From NCBI GenBank assembly GCA_038065715.1, contig JBBTQL010000007.1, forward strand, positions 49,643-113,642: DNA of 64,000 nt. Direction: 5' to 3'. The position numbers were made by a program, and so were the translations under genes. Source of the stretch: Patescibacteria group bacterium. Lineage in GTDB: Bacteria > Patescibacteriota > Minisyncoccia > Minisyncoccales > Staskawiczbacteraceae. The notes beneath the pieces were generated by a model, which was given only the letters and a program-made list of their open reading frames with translations, ran no database searches and was not told the DNA's origin. Below, in pieces: positions 37,527-45,601 of this stretch; the stretch's first letter is position 1; every line of letters begins with the position of its first letter.

Positions 37527-38156
37527 ATGCGATACGATCAATGTAAAACTTGCAGAAGATTAGGGCAAAAACTCTTTTTAAAAGGGGATCGTTGTTTTTC
37601 TGCAAAATGCGCTATGGTAAGAAGAGCTTATGCGCCAGGACCCCAAAGAAAAAGAAGAGGCGGAGCGCCTTCTGAATATAAAAAATCATTAGAAGAAAAA
37701 CAAACCCTTAAAAAATGGTACGGGCTTTCAGAGCGCCAATTTAAAAGATATGTAAAAGAAACCCTTGAAAAAATGGGCAAGGTAGAGAATGTTTCAAACG
37801 AGCTTATTAAAAGATTAGAAACCAGATTAGATAATACTATATTTCGCTCTGGCATCACAGGGTCTCGCGTTCATGCAAGACAGCTTGTTTCGCATGGTTT
37901 TTTCTTGGTTAATGGTAAACCGGTTAACATTCCGTCTTATCATGTTAAAAAAGGAGATATAATTACCATTAAAGAATCAAAAAAGAAAAGGCAGATTTTT
38001 AAAGATTTGCCAAGCCAATTAAAACGCAAAGAAACGCCTTTGTGGCTGAATATGAATAAAGAAATATTTGAATTAAAATCTGTTGGAGAGCCAACTTTAG
38101 AAGAAGTTAATCCGCCTGCAGAAATTTCATTAATTTTTGAGTTTTATTCACGTTAA
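37527..38156 (+). CDS. rpsD: Ribosomal protein uS4
   Basis: MRYDQCKTCRRLGQKLFLKGDRC...S4 domain RLDNTIFRSG... Confidence 0.94.
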   Translation: MRYDQCKTCRRLGQKLFLKGDRCFSAKCAMVRRAYAPGPQRKRRGGAPSEYKKSLEEKQTLKKWYGLSERQFKRYVKETLEKMGKVENVSNELIKRLETRLDNTIFRSGITGSRVHARQLVSHGFFLVNGKPVNIPSYHVKKGDIITIKESKKKRQIFKDLPSQLKRKETPLWLNMNKEIFELKSVGEPTLEEVNPPAEISLIFEFYSR

Positions 38157-38174
38157 TTATTAAAATTAAAAAAT

Positions 38175-39137
38175 ATGATTTCGCTTCCATTACCGCCAAA
38201 AATAATTCAAAAGAAAAAAAATCAGGCCGTTTTTGAAATAGACGGCTTATACCCCGGCTATGGGGTTACTATTGGAAATAGCTTGAGAAGAGTTTTATTG
38301 TCTTCTCTTCCGGGAGTAGCTGTTACAGAAGTTAAAATAAAAGGAGTTTCGCATGAATTTTCAACAATTCACGGAGTTTTAGAAGATGTAATAGTTTTGC
38401 TTTTAAATATAAAGAATTTAAGATTTAAAATTTACGAAGGCGAGTCGCAGAAAGTTGAATTAAAACTAAAAGGTGAAAGACAGGTGAATGGCTCTGACTT
38501 TAAATTTTCTTCTCAAGTAAAACTGGTAAATCCTGAAATTCACATAGCTACGATTACAGATAAAAATACAGAATTAGAAATAGAACTGCTTATAGAAAAA
38601 GGAATTGGTTATGTGCAAAAAGACCAAAGAAAAAATAAAAAATTAATGGGTTCGCCGCAAACAAAAACAGAAATAGGAATAATTTCCCTTGATGCTATTT
38701 ATACTCCTATTAAAAATGTAAACTTCCAGGTTGAAAATATGCGCGTTGGAGACAGAACCGATTTTAACAAATTAAACCTTGAAATAGAAACAGACGGAAC
38801 AATCACTCCAGAGGAAGCGTTTTTTGACGCTTGTGATTTATTGATAAAACATTTTAATATAATTTTTGAAGGAAAAGCCGTAAAAGAAAAAAAAGAAGAA
38901 AAAGCAGAGGAAGCAAAAGAAGAATCTGATGTTACAAAATCAAGCGTTGAAGATTTAAAATTTTCAACCCGAACGCTTAACGCTTTAATGGACAATAATA
39001 TTAAAACAATAGGCGGGCTTATAAGAAAAAACGAAAAAAGCCTTTTAGAATTGGACGGAATGGGGGATAAAGCTATTTCAGAAATAAAAAGAAAATTAAA
39101 AAAACTTGGTTTTGAATTAAAAACTGGAGAAGAATAA
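38175..39137 (+). CDS. rpoA: DNA-directed RNA polymerase subunit alpha
   Basis: ...[23 protein letters not shown]...; C-terminal domain ...[22 protein letters not shown]. Confidence 0.95.
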   Translation: MISLPLPPKIIQKKKNQAVFEIDGLYPGYGVTIGNSLRRVLLSSLPGVAVTEVKIKGVSHEFSTIHGVLEDVIVLLLNIKNLRFKIYEGESQKVELKLKGERQVNGSDFKFSSQVKLVNPEIHIATITDKNTELEIELLIEKGIGYVQKDQRKNKKLMGSPQTKTEIGIISLDAIYTPIKNVNFQVENMRVGDRTDFNKLNLEIETDGTITPEEAFFDACDLLIKHFNIIFEGKAVKEKKEEKAEEAKEESDVTKSSVEDLKFSTRTLNALMDNNIKTIGGLIRKNEKSLLELDGMGDKAISEIKRKLKKLGFELKTGEE

Positions 39138-39138
39138 A

Positions 39139-39492
39139 ATGCGAAAACAAAACAAAGGAAGAAAATTAGGAAGAGGAAAAAGCCAAAGAAAAGCGCTATT
39201 AAAATCATTAGCAAGCAGCCTTTTTTTGCACGAAAGAATACAAACAACAGAAGCTAAGGCAAAAGAGTTGAGAGTGGTTGCCGAAAAAATGATAACCAGA
39301 GCCAAAGATAATAAAATTTCAAACAGAAGAATTTTGGCTCAAGTTCTTTCTCCTAAAATAAATAAAAAATTAATGGAAGAGATTGCTCCAAAATATAAAG
39401 AAAGGCGCGGAGGTTATACAAGAATTATGAAATTAGGCCCTCGCCAGTCTGACGGAGCAAAAATGGTTATAATTGAATTAGTAAAGGAATAA
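39139..39492 (+). CDS. rplQ: Ribosomal protein bL17
   Basis: ...[33 protein letters not shown]...GGYTRI. Confidence 0.94.
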   Translation: MRKQNKGRKLGRGKSQRKALLKSLASSLFLHERIQTTEAKAKELRVVAEKMITRAKDNKISNRRILAQVLSPKINKKLMEEIAPKYKERRGGYTRIMKLGPRQSDGAKMVIIELVKE

Positions 39493-39499
39493 AATAGTT

Positions 39500-39859
39500 A
39501 TGGAAAAAGTAGAAAGAAAAACTCATATGATTGATTTAGAGGGAAAGATTTTAGGCAGAATAGCCGTGCAAATTGCTGTTTTGTTAAGGGGTAAAGGAAA
39601 GCCTGATTTTGTGCCATACAAAGATATGGGCGATTTTGTTACTGTAAAAAATGTAGACAAAATTAAGTTTACAGGCAAGAAATTAGAAAATAAAATTTAT
39701 TACAGGCATTCGGGATATTTGGGCGGATTAAAAGAAGAAAAACTAAAAGATTTATATAAAAGAATGCCGTCAGAAGTTTTGAGAAAAGCAGTAATGGGAA
39801 TGCTTGCCAAAAATAAATTAAGGGCAAAACAAATTAAAAGGTTAAAGTTTGAAAAATAA
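39500..39859 (+). CDS. rplM: Ribosomal protein uL13
   Basis: ...LGRIAVQIAVLLRGKGKPDF...YYRHSGY.GG. Confidence 0.93.
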   Translation: MEKVERKTHMIDLEGKILGRIAVQIAVLLRGKGKPDFVPYKDMGDFVTVKNVDKIKFTGKKLENKIYYRHSGYLGGLKEEKLKDLYKRMPSEVLRKAVMGMLAKNKLRAKQIKRLKFEK

Positions 39860-39860
39860 A

Positions 39861-40457
39861 ATGGCAAAAGATACAACTAAAAAACCAGCAAAACCGGCCT
39901 TGCCTGACGGCAGGCAGGCAAAAAAAACTGCAAAGCCAGTTGAGGAGATAAAAAAAATAATTTCAGTTCCAGCGCCAGCTATAACACCGATTCAAAACAT
40001 AGAAGACGATGGAGATGAATTTTCTCCAGAAGATTTTAAAATAGACAAAGAATTAGCGTCAAAGCCTGACCGTTATTTTGAGGCAATCGGGCGAAGGAAA
40101 ACCGCTGTTGCCCGCGTAAGGCTTTTTACAAGAGGCGAGAAGGAATTTTTAGTTAATGGCAAACCTTATCAAGAATATTTTACCATTGCAGAAGACCAGC
40201 AGACAGCTACTGCTTCAATGAAAAAAATGAAATGTCTTGATAAGTTTAGGATTACTTCAATAGTAAAAGGGGGAGGCAGGCACGCTCAAGCAGAAGCAGT
40301 AAGGCACGGAACTGCCAGAGTTTTAGTTGATTTTAATAATAATTTCAGAAAACGTTTAAGAAAAGCAGGTTATTTAACAAGAGACCCAAGAATGAGAGAA
40401 AGAAAGAAATTCGGATTAAAACGCGCAAGAAAAGCTCCTCAGTGGGCAAAGAGATAG
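39861..40457 (+). CDS. rpsI: Ribosomal protein uS9 (N-terminally extended)
   Basis: Core ...GRRKTAVARVRLF...GGGRHAQAEAVRHG.AR...R..ERKK.G...ARK..Q..KR. GC hairpin at 39898-39922 in the extension. Confidence 0.93.
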   Translation: MAKDTTKKPAKPALPDGRQAKKTAKPVEEIKKIISVPAPAITPIQNIEDDGDEFSPEDFKIDKELASKPDRYFEAIGRRKTAVARVRLFTRGEKEFLVNGKPYQEYFTIAEDQQTATASMKKMKCLDKFRITSIVKGGGRHAQAEAVRHGTARVLVDFNNNFRKRLRKAGYLTRDPRMRERKKFGLKRARKAPQWAKR

Positions 40458-40500
40458 TAGAACCCGTCAGAAAACGATTGTCAAGTTTAGTTTTGACTAT

Positions 40501-40530
40501 AAAAACTACTCCGCTCGGAGTAGTTTTATT
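40501..40530 (+). terminator. Rho-independent terminator closing the ribosomal super-operon
   Basis: AAAAACTACTCC-GCTC-GGAGTAGTTTTATTTT. Confidence 0.6.
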
Positions 40531-40567
40531 TTGACTTAGATGTGGTAAAATTATATGATAAATCAAT

Positions 40568-41428
40568 ATGTTGGACGCAACAATAATAAAACAAAATAAA
40601 AAAGTTGATGATGCTGTATCTCGCGAGCTGTATTACGATAAGCCCGGATTTAAATTATACAATGCGAATTGTTTAGATGTTCTTGCAGAACTTCCGGAAA
40701 ACTCCGTTGATATGATTTTTGCGGATCCTCCTTATTTTTTATCAAATGGGGGATTTAGTTTGCATGCTGGCAAGAGAGTAAGCGTAGATAAGGGTCAATG
40801 GGATGTAAGTAATGGACTAAAAAAAGATTTTGATTTTCATCTTGAATGGATAAAAGCTTGCCATAGAGTTTTAAAGCCCCACGGAACGATTTGGATTAGT
40901 GGAACCTATCATTCAATTTATCAATGTGGATTTGCTTTGCTGGTCAATAAGTTCCACATATTAAACGATATTACGTGGTTCAAGCCCAATGCATCGCCAA
41001 ATTTAAGTTGTCGATTTTTTACGGCAAGTCATGAAACTTTGCTTTGGGCTAGGAAGGACAAAAATGCAAAACACATTTTTAATTACGATTTGATGAAAAA
41101 TGGAAGTTGGCCGGAAGACCAACTGAAAAAACCAAACCTTCAAATGCGTTCAGTTTGGGCTATTGGCACTCCAAAAACTGTTGAAAAAAAGTTTGGCAAA
41201 CATCCGACACAAAAGCCGGAAGATTTATTAAAAAGGATTGTACTTGCAAGCACAAATAAAGGAGATTTAGTTCTAGATCCTTTTACCGGAAGCTCAACCA
41301 CTGGGGTTGCCTCTTATCTTTTTGGCAGACATTTTATTGGGATTGATACGGAACCAAAATTTCTAGACTTATCAATAAAAAGGTTTGAGGAGTTAGATCG
41401 TAATTTAAAGAGTAAATTTACTTTTTAA
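40568..41428 (+). CDS. Beta-class N6-adenine/N4-cytosine DNA methyltransferase
   Basis: Motif IV IFADPPYF precedes motif I LDPFTGSSTTG. HPTQKPEDLL. Confidence 0.9.
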   Translation: MLDATIIKQNKKVDDAVSRELYYDKPGFKLYNANCLDVLAELPENSVDMIFADPPYFLSNGGFSLHAGKRVSVDKGQWDVSNGLKKDFDFHLEWIKACHRVLKPHGTIWISGTYHSIYQCGFALLVNKFHILNDITWFKPNASPNLSCRFFTASHETLLWARKDKNAKHIFNYDLMKNGSWPEDQLKKPNLQMRSVWAIGTPKTVEKKFGKHPTQKPEDLLKRIVLASTNKGDLVLDPFTGSSTTGVASYLFGRHFIGIDTEPKFLDLSIKRFEELDRNLKSKFTF

Positions 41429-41432
41429 AACC

Positions 41433-41993
41433 ATGGATGAACAACAGCTAAAAACATACATGACATTTCAGAGAGATGGCCAATCAAAGATGCCTCTCGC
41501 CGTTTTTGAAGTAAATGGAAGCTATGTTGTCGGCGTTTATCAAGGTACTTTGAGTGATTTTGATATTCTGATAAAATATAGACAAAAAATAGATGGAACA
41601 TGGTCAAGAATTCGGACTCCAAAACATATTCACTGGGCTGCTGACATTTTAATTAAATTACACGAGGATAAAATTAAAACACAACAGTTCCTCGATTTTT
41701 TATTAGGTATATGGGCCACGACTGTGCCAGTTAGAAATCCGAAACAACAAAGTGATATTTTAAATATAAAATCATTGCTAAAAGATAGCCAAAATATGAT
41801 TTTAGAGTATGAGAGCTTGAGCAATAAAGGAGAATATAGTATTAAATTTTTAATATTACTTGCTAAATTATTAATGATTCAAGAAAAGACGAATATGGAA
41901 GCGGCCTTTATGTTTAAAAATTTATTGGATGCGCTCCGCAACAAAGGAGATATTTTTTCTGTTGTATCCATAGCGTCCCATACCGGACGATAA
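41433..41993 (+). CDS. Hypothetical protein embedded between the MTase and nuclease genes
   Basis: 186-aa ORF starting 4 nt after the MTase stop. No catalytic motif recognised. Confidence 0.5.
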   Translation: MDEQQLKTYMTFQRDGQSKMPLAVFEVNGSYVVGVYQGTLSDFDILIKYRQKIDGTWSRIRTPKHIHWAADILIKLHEDKIKTQQFLDFLLGIWATTVPVRNPKQQSDILNIKSLLKDSQNMILEYESLSNKGEYSIKFLILLAKLLMIQEKTNMEAAFMFKNLLDALRNKGDIFSVVSIASHTGR

Positions 41994-42003
41994 TCAAAAA
42001 TTT

Positions 42004-42624
42004 ATGAAAATTATAACTCGCGCGGTTGCCATAAGAAATTTAAGAAAATATGTGGGCCAGGATTTAAGAAAGTTGGCTTTAGAGCATGGAATTACAACTT
42101 ATGAAACCGGAAAGCAAAACAAGGGCTGGAAAGGGCTTGTTTTAGAAAGGCTGGCAGGATTAGAAACAAATATTTCAAAGGCTCCAAACGGGCTAACTTA
42201 TGAATTAAAATCGGTTGCTTTTCACCATGTTAAAAATAATCTTGTGCCGAAAGAAACCATGGCGATAACAATGATAAATCCAGAAGAATTAAAAGCCCAT
42301 TCTTTTTTTGAAAGTCATTGCTGGGCAAAACTTAAAACCATTGTGTTTTGTGCGGTTGGATGGAATGGCATAAATTCTACAGAAGCAAAATTACTTAAAG
42401 TTGCGAGCTTAGATTTTGCCGAAGACGACGAATTAATAAAAGAAATAAAAGCAGATTATGATTTTATCCGCGAAAAACTAATTACAAAAGGTTTTAAATC
42501 CTTAACTGGTGCAGACGGAAAATGGATACAAGCGAGAACAAAAGGTGCCGGACACGGATCGACAAGCCGGGCTTTTTATGCTAGAACAGGTTTAGTGAAA
42601 AAAATTTTTGAGATAGCATCATAA
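42004..42624 (+). CDS. MutH/Sau3AI-family endonuclease-like protein
   Basis: ...NKGWKGLVLERLAG......YELKSV... resembles MutH KGWIG.LLE..LG......D....ELK (from memory). The Asp position appears to be Asn (APNGLTYELK). Confidence 0.65.
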   Translation: MKIITRAVAIRNLRKYVGQDLRKLALEHGITTYETGKQNKGWKGLVLERLAGLETNISKAPNGLTYELKSVAFHHVKNNLVPKETMAITMINPEELKAHSFFESHCWAKLKTIVFCAVGWNGINSTEAKLLKVASLDFAEDDELIKEIKADYDFIREKLITKGFKSLTGADGKWIQARTKGAGHGSTSRAFYARTGLVKKIFEIAS

Positions 42625-42642
42625 AAATTAATCGAAACCATT

Positions 42643-43356
42643 ATGGAAATTAATCAAAAAGAAACCGTTGCACAATCTACAAAATTAACGGCGGCAGATG
42701 TTCTAGAAAATTCCGTAAGAACGGTTGGGACGTTTAAGCCAAAATTTAACCCTAGTGCAGGAAAAATGTTTTCAGATGAATTAAATGTATTAGGAACAGC
42801 ATTTTGGCTGAAGGAATATGGAGTGTTGATTACTTGCGCTCATGTAGTTGCGGAAATGATTAAATTGCCTTTGGAATCCGCTGGTTTGTTAGTCGTCGGT
42901 AATCACGGTAAATATCAAAGAGCTATTGTGGGTATGGTTGACTATTTACACGATTTGGCTGTTCTTAATTTGGTTGACTCTAACACTGGTATTCTTATAC
43001 CAGATTTTATTACTTCTATTGATTCTGAAAAGGGCTTACTTCTTTCAAATGATTATCCAAAAACTGGTACGAGAGTTGCCTGGGCAGGATACCCGCTGGG
43101 GAATCAATTGCTAAATCAAATTCATAATCCAACCTATTCAGAGGGAGTTGTTGGGATATCTAAAAGAGATAGTTCCCTGCGAAAAGATATACAAATATCG
43201 GGCGTTGTCGTTGGAGGATATAGTGGTTCACCAGTAATCAATATAGAAAACAATAAACTGATCGGTGTGGTCTCTAATGGTCCGCAAAATTCAGGTATAT
43301 TTATGGCTGTTTCTTGGGAGCATGTTAAGGCCTTAGCAGTGTCAGCTAAATCATAG
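42643..43356 (+). CDS. Cytoplasmic trypsin-like (S1/S1C) serine protease
   Basis: Catalytic triad contexts TCAHVV (His), LHDLAVL (Asp), GGYSGSPV (Ser). No signal peptide. Confidence 0.8.
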   Translation: MEINQKETVAQSTKLTAADVLENSVRTVGTFKPKFNPSAGKMFSDELNVLGTAFWLKEYGVLITCAHVVAEMIKLPLESAGLLVVGNHGKYQRAIVGMVDYLHDLAVLNLVDSNTGILIPDFITSIDSEKGLLLSNDYPKTGTRVAWAGYPLGNQLLNQIHNPTYSEGVVGISKRDSSLRKDIQISGVVVGGYSGSPVINIENNKLIGVVSNGPQNSGIFMAVSWEHVKALAVSAKS

Positions 43357-43378
43357 AAAAATAAAATTATTTACAAAT

Positions 43379-43639
43379 ATGGAAGATACAAAAAATTGTC
43401 AAAAAATATTCGATGAATATATTAGTTTAAATAATCAGATTGTAGCAAGAGATGTTGGGCCTAAGGGGGAAATTGTCGCAACGCCGATTAACGACATTGA
43501 AAAACTATTCGGTCTAAGAAAAAAGGTTTATAGTTGTTTACATGAATTATCTGATGAGCAACTAATAGAACTATACGGTCATAAAGACCTGGAGGAAGCA
43601 CAGAAAATTTTATTAGAACGAAAATTAAAAATTAATTGA
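43379..43639 (+). CDS. Small acidic helical hypothetical protein
   Basis: 86-aa ORF, 22 nt after the protease gene. Confidence 0.45.
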   Translation: MEDTKNCQKIFDEYISLNNQIVARDVGPKGEIVATPINDIEKLFGLRKKVYSCLHELSDEQLIELYGHKDLEEAQKILLERKLKIN

Positions 43640-43670
43640 GAAATGAATTTTGTAGGTTTTAAATGTTGTT

Positions 43671-44063
43671 GTGGGACATATTATTATGAAATTTCCATTT
43701 GAAGGAACATCGGTTAATTCTTTAGCTAAACAGGTAAGCAGCAAAAGTGCTGTAAATCCTTCTCTTTGGGCGTGCCTTGTAGTTTCCCTGCCCCTCTTTT
43801 TGCTTGCAAGCAAAACCGCCGGGATTTTATCATTCTGTTTTTTCGGGATTGCAATTTTGCCAGTTGTTGCATTTCTAATAAGTTATATATATCTTATCTT
43901 CAAGAATCCAAAATATCTTAGATCGGAAGAATACCAACTTAGAGCCGAAGCGATGAATTTAATTGGTGATAAAGATAATCCGCTTCATGCCGATGCAGAC
44001 GATATTGTTTCTGTAATAAATAATCCAATGCTTCCATCGCCTAACAAGGAAAAAAATGAGTAA
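43671..44063 (+). CDS. Small two-TM membrane protein (ATG alternative at 43686)
   Basis: Two hydrophobic helices (LWACLVVSLPLFLLA; ILSFCFFGIAILPVVAFLISYIYLI), then a charged tail. Confidence 0.5.
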   Translation: MGHIIMKFPFEGTSVNSLAKQVSSKSAVNPSLWACLVVSLPLFLLASKTAGILSFCFFGIAILPVVAFLISYIYLIFKNPKYLRSEEYQLRAEAMNLIGDKDNPLHADADDIVSVINNPMLPSPNKEKNE

Positions 44064-44343
44064 ACTATATTTTATTACCTTCAAAGCTGGTTTAAACTAT
44101 AATGCTATTAATTTTCATAGCTACATTACTGCTTTGTATGAAAAAAAATGGATTACTGATTGGTGGCATTATACTGATAATACCTACATCGTTGCTTCAT
44201 CTTACGACGTTAATCAGTTGTATAGTGCTGCTGTTCCCGGTATGTCGAATATGGTCTACGTTCTCTTTATTGAAGTAAATCCAAATAATTCACAGGGATG
44301 GTTGCCTCCGGACGCATGGACATGGCTACAGAAGTATAAGTAA
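44056..44343 (+). CDS. Small Trp-rich hypothetical protein
   Basis: 95-aa ORF overlapping the previous gene by 8 nt. ...WITDWWHYTDNTYIVAS...GWLPPDAWTWLQKY. Confidence 0.45.
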   Translation: MSKLYFITFKAGLNYNAINFHSYITALYEKKWITDWWHYTDNTYIVASSYDVNQLYSAAVPGMSNMVYVLFIEVNPNNSQGWLPPDAWTWLQKYK

Positions 44344-44348
44344 TGGGC

Positions 44349-44376
44349 TTGACTCGTTAAACTATCGCGGTATAAT
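44349..44376 (+). promoter_or_regulatory. Sigma70-like promoter for the orphan sRNA
   Basis: TTGACT(44349-54)-16 nt-TATAAT(44371-76). Confidence 0.5.
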
Positions 44377-44382
44377 AGGTAA

Positions 44383-44500
44383 TGTAGTGACTGTTGGTTT
44401 CGAAGAATAGAAATTCCTGGTCTCAACTGCGGTGAGAAACATTCTCGCTTAAGTGGGCAAAACGTTAATTACAAAAAAAATCCCCTCCCGGGGATTTTTT
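44383..44500 (+). ncRNA. Candidate ~118-nt structured sRNA in the accessory island
   Basis: No ORF. Hairpins GGTGAGAA-ACA-TTCTCGCT and GTTGG...CTCAAC. 5' GTAAT / 3' ATTAC. Terminator ATCCCC-TCCC-GGGGATTTTTT (44480-44500). Confidence 0.45.
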
Positions 44501-44575
44501 AATTTACTTTTTTTACTATTTTGCTATAATATCAATTAAGGTCTTTTCCAAAGGTCTCTTTAAAGGGAGATTAAT

Positions 44576-44794
44576 ATGGGATACTGGGATGCAACAGATC
44601 AAATTATAAATGCAAACGGGGGACAAAACCCAATTTGCCCAGCTTGTCATCAGGAAATGATTCCAATTGATGACCATGGAAGATTTTCCTGTGCCTGCAA
44701 GCCGTTGTTTGACCGCGATATCGGATATAGATTACCAACACCAATTCCTATGGTAATTGATAGAATTTTAGACATTGAAAGGCATCGGCCATAA
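44576..44794 (+). CDS. Small zinc-ribbon-like protein (SD-led)
   Basis: CPACHQEM...FSCAC. GGGAG 7 nt upstream of ATG. Confidence 0.5.
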   Translation: MGYWDATDQIINANGGQNPICPACHQEMIPIDDHGRFSCACKPLFDRDIGYRLPTPIPMVIDRILDIERHRP

Positions 44795-44873
44795 GTATTT
44801 TCAACCGTATGGTTTTACCCAGCGGTCTTTTTTTATCCCTTGCAAATATTTTTTGAAATGATAAAATAATAGC

Positions 44874-45569
44874 ATGTTAAAAGAACTTATTGACGAGTTT
44901 TACGAGGAACAGCAAAAAAATAAAGAGCAGACCAAGTTTTATATTACAGACGCCGGCAAATGCCCGCGCGCTGTTTTTTTTAAATTTAAAAATGCGCCAA
45001 GAGAGCCAATGGATGCGCGTATTTTAAGAATTTTTGAGCACGGCGAACACATACACAGAAATATTTTTAATGTTTTGTATCGCCTTAGAATTGGGGTAAC
45101 AACAGAAATTTCAATTCCATCGCAAGAAATAATTTCTGGCAGAGCCGACGCAATTTTATGCATTAACAACGAAAATTATGTGTTAGACATTAAAAGTATG
45201 AACAGCATGATTTTCAGAAATTTAAATCAGCCAAAAGAAGAAAATATTTACCAGATTCAGCTTTACTTGCATTATTTTAACATTAAAAAAGGCATTCTGC
45301 TTTACATAGACAAAGACCAGCAAAACATTAAAGAGTTTGTTGTGGACTATGATGCAGAGCTTGTAAAAAGTTTGCTTGATAAATTTTACAGCTTAAAAAC
45401 CAAAGTAGAAGAAAATATTGTTCCAGAAAGAATGCAAGATTATCCAAAAAACTGGCAATGTCAGTATTGCCAATTTAAAGACATTTGCAAAACGGCAAAC
45501 GGCCAGGAAATGAAGTGGCAGGAGTTTAAAGATAAAATTGAGTCGCAAAACACCAATCAATCATCATAA
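44874..45569 (+). CDS. Stand-alone Cas4/RecB-like PD-(D/E)XK nuclease with 4-Cys cluster
   Basis: N-terminal Cys (DAGKCPRAVFF). Motif II GRADAIL. Motif III LDIKS. QxxxY (YQIQLYLHY). C-terminal CQYCQFKDIC. Confidence 0.7.
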   Translation: MLKELIDEFYEEQQKNKEQTKFYITDAGKCPRAVFFKFKNAPREPMDARILRIFEHGEHIHRNIFNVLYRLRIGVTTEISIPSQEIISGRADAILCINNENYVLDIKSMNSMIFRNLNQPKEENIYQIQLYLHYFNIKKGILLYIDKDQQNIKEFVVDYDAELVKSLLDKFYSLKTKVEENIVPERMQDYPKNWQCQYCQFKDICKTANGQEMKWQEFKDKIESQNTNQSS

Positions 45570-45601
45570 AAATAGCGGGTGTCCGACACCCGCTATTTTT
45601 G
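45568..45601. terminator. Bidirectional terminator between convergent genes
   Basis: AAAAATAGCGGGTGT-CCG-ACACCCGCTATTTTT. Confidence 0.7.

Noticed and set aside
44383-44500. Retron msr/msd or CRISPR tracr-like RNA
   Set aside because: No reverse transcriptase gene, no Cas effector and no repeat-complementary segment in the window. The terminal complementarity is only 5 nt.
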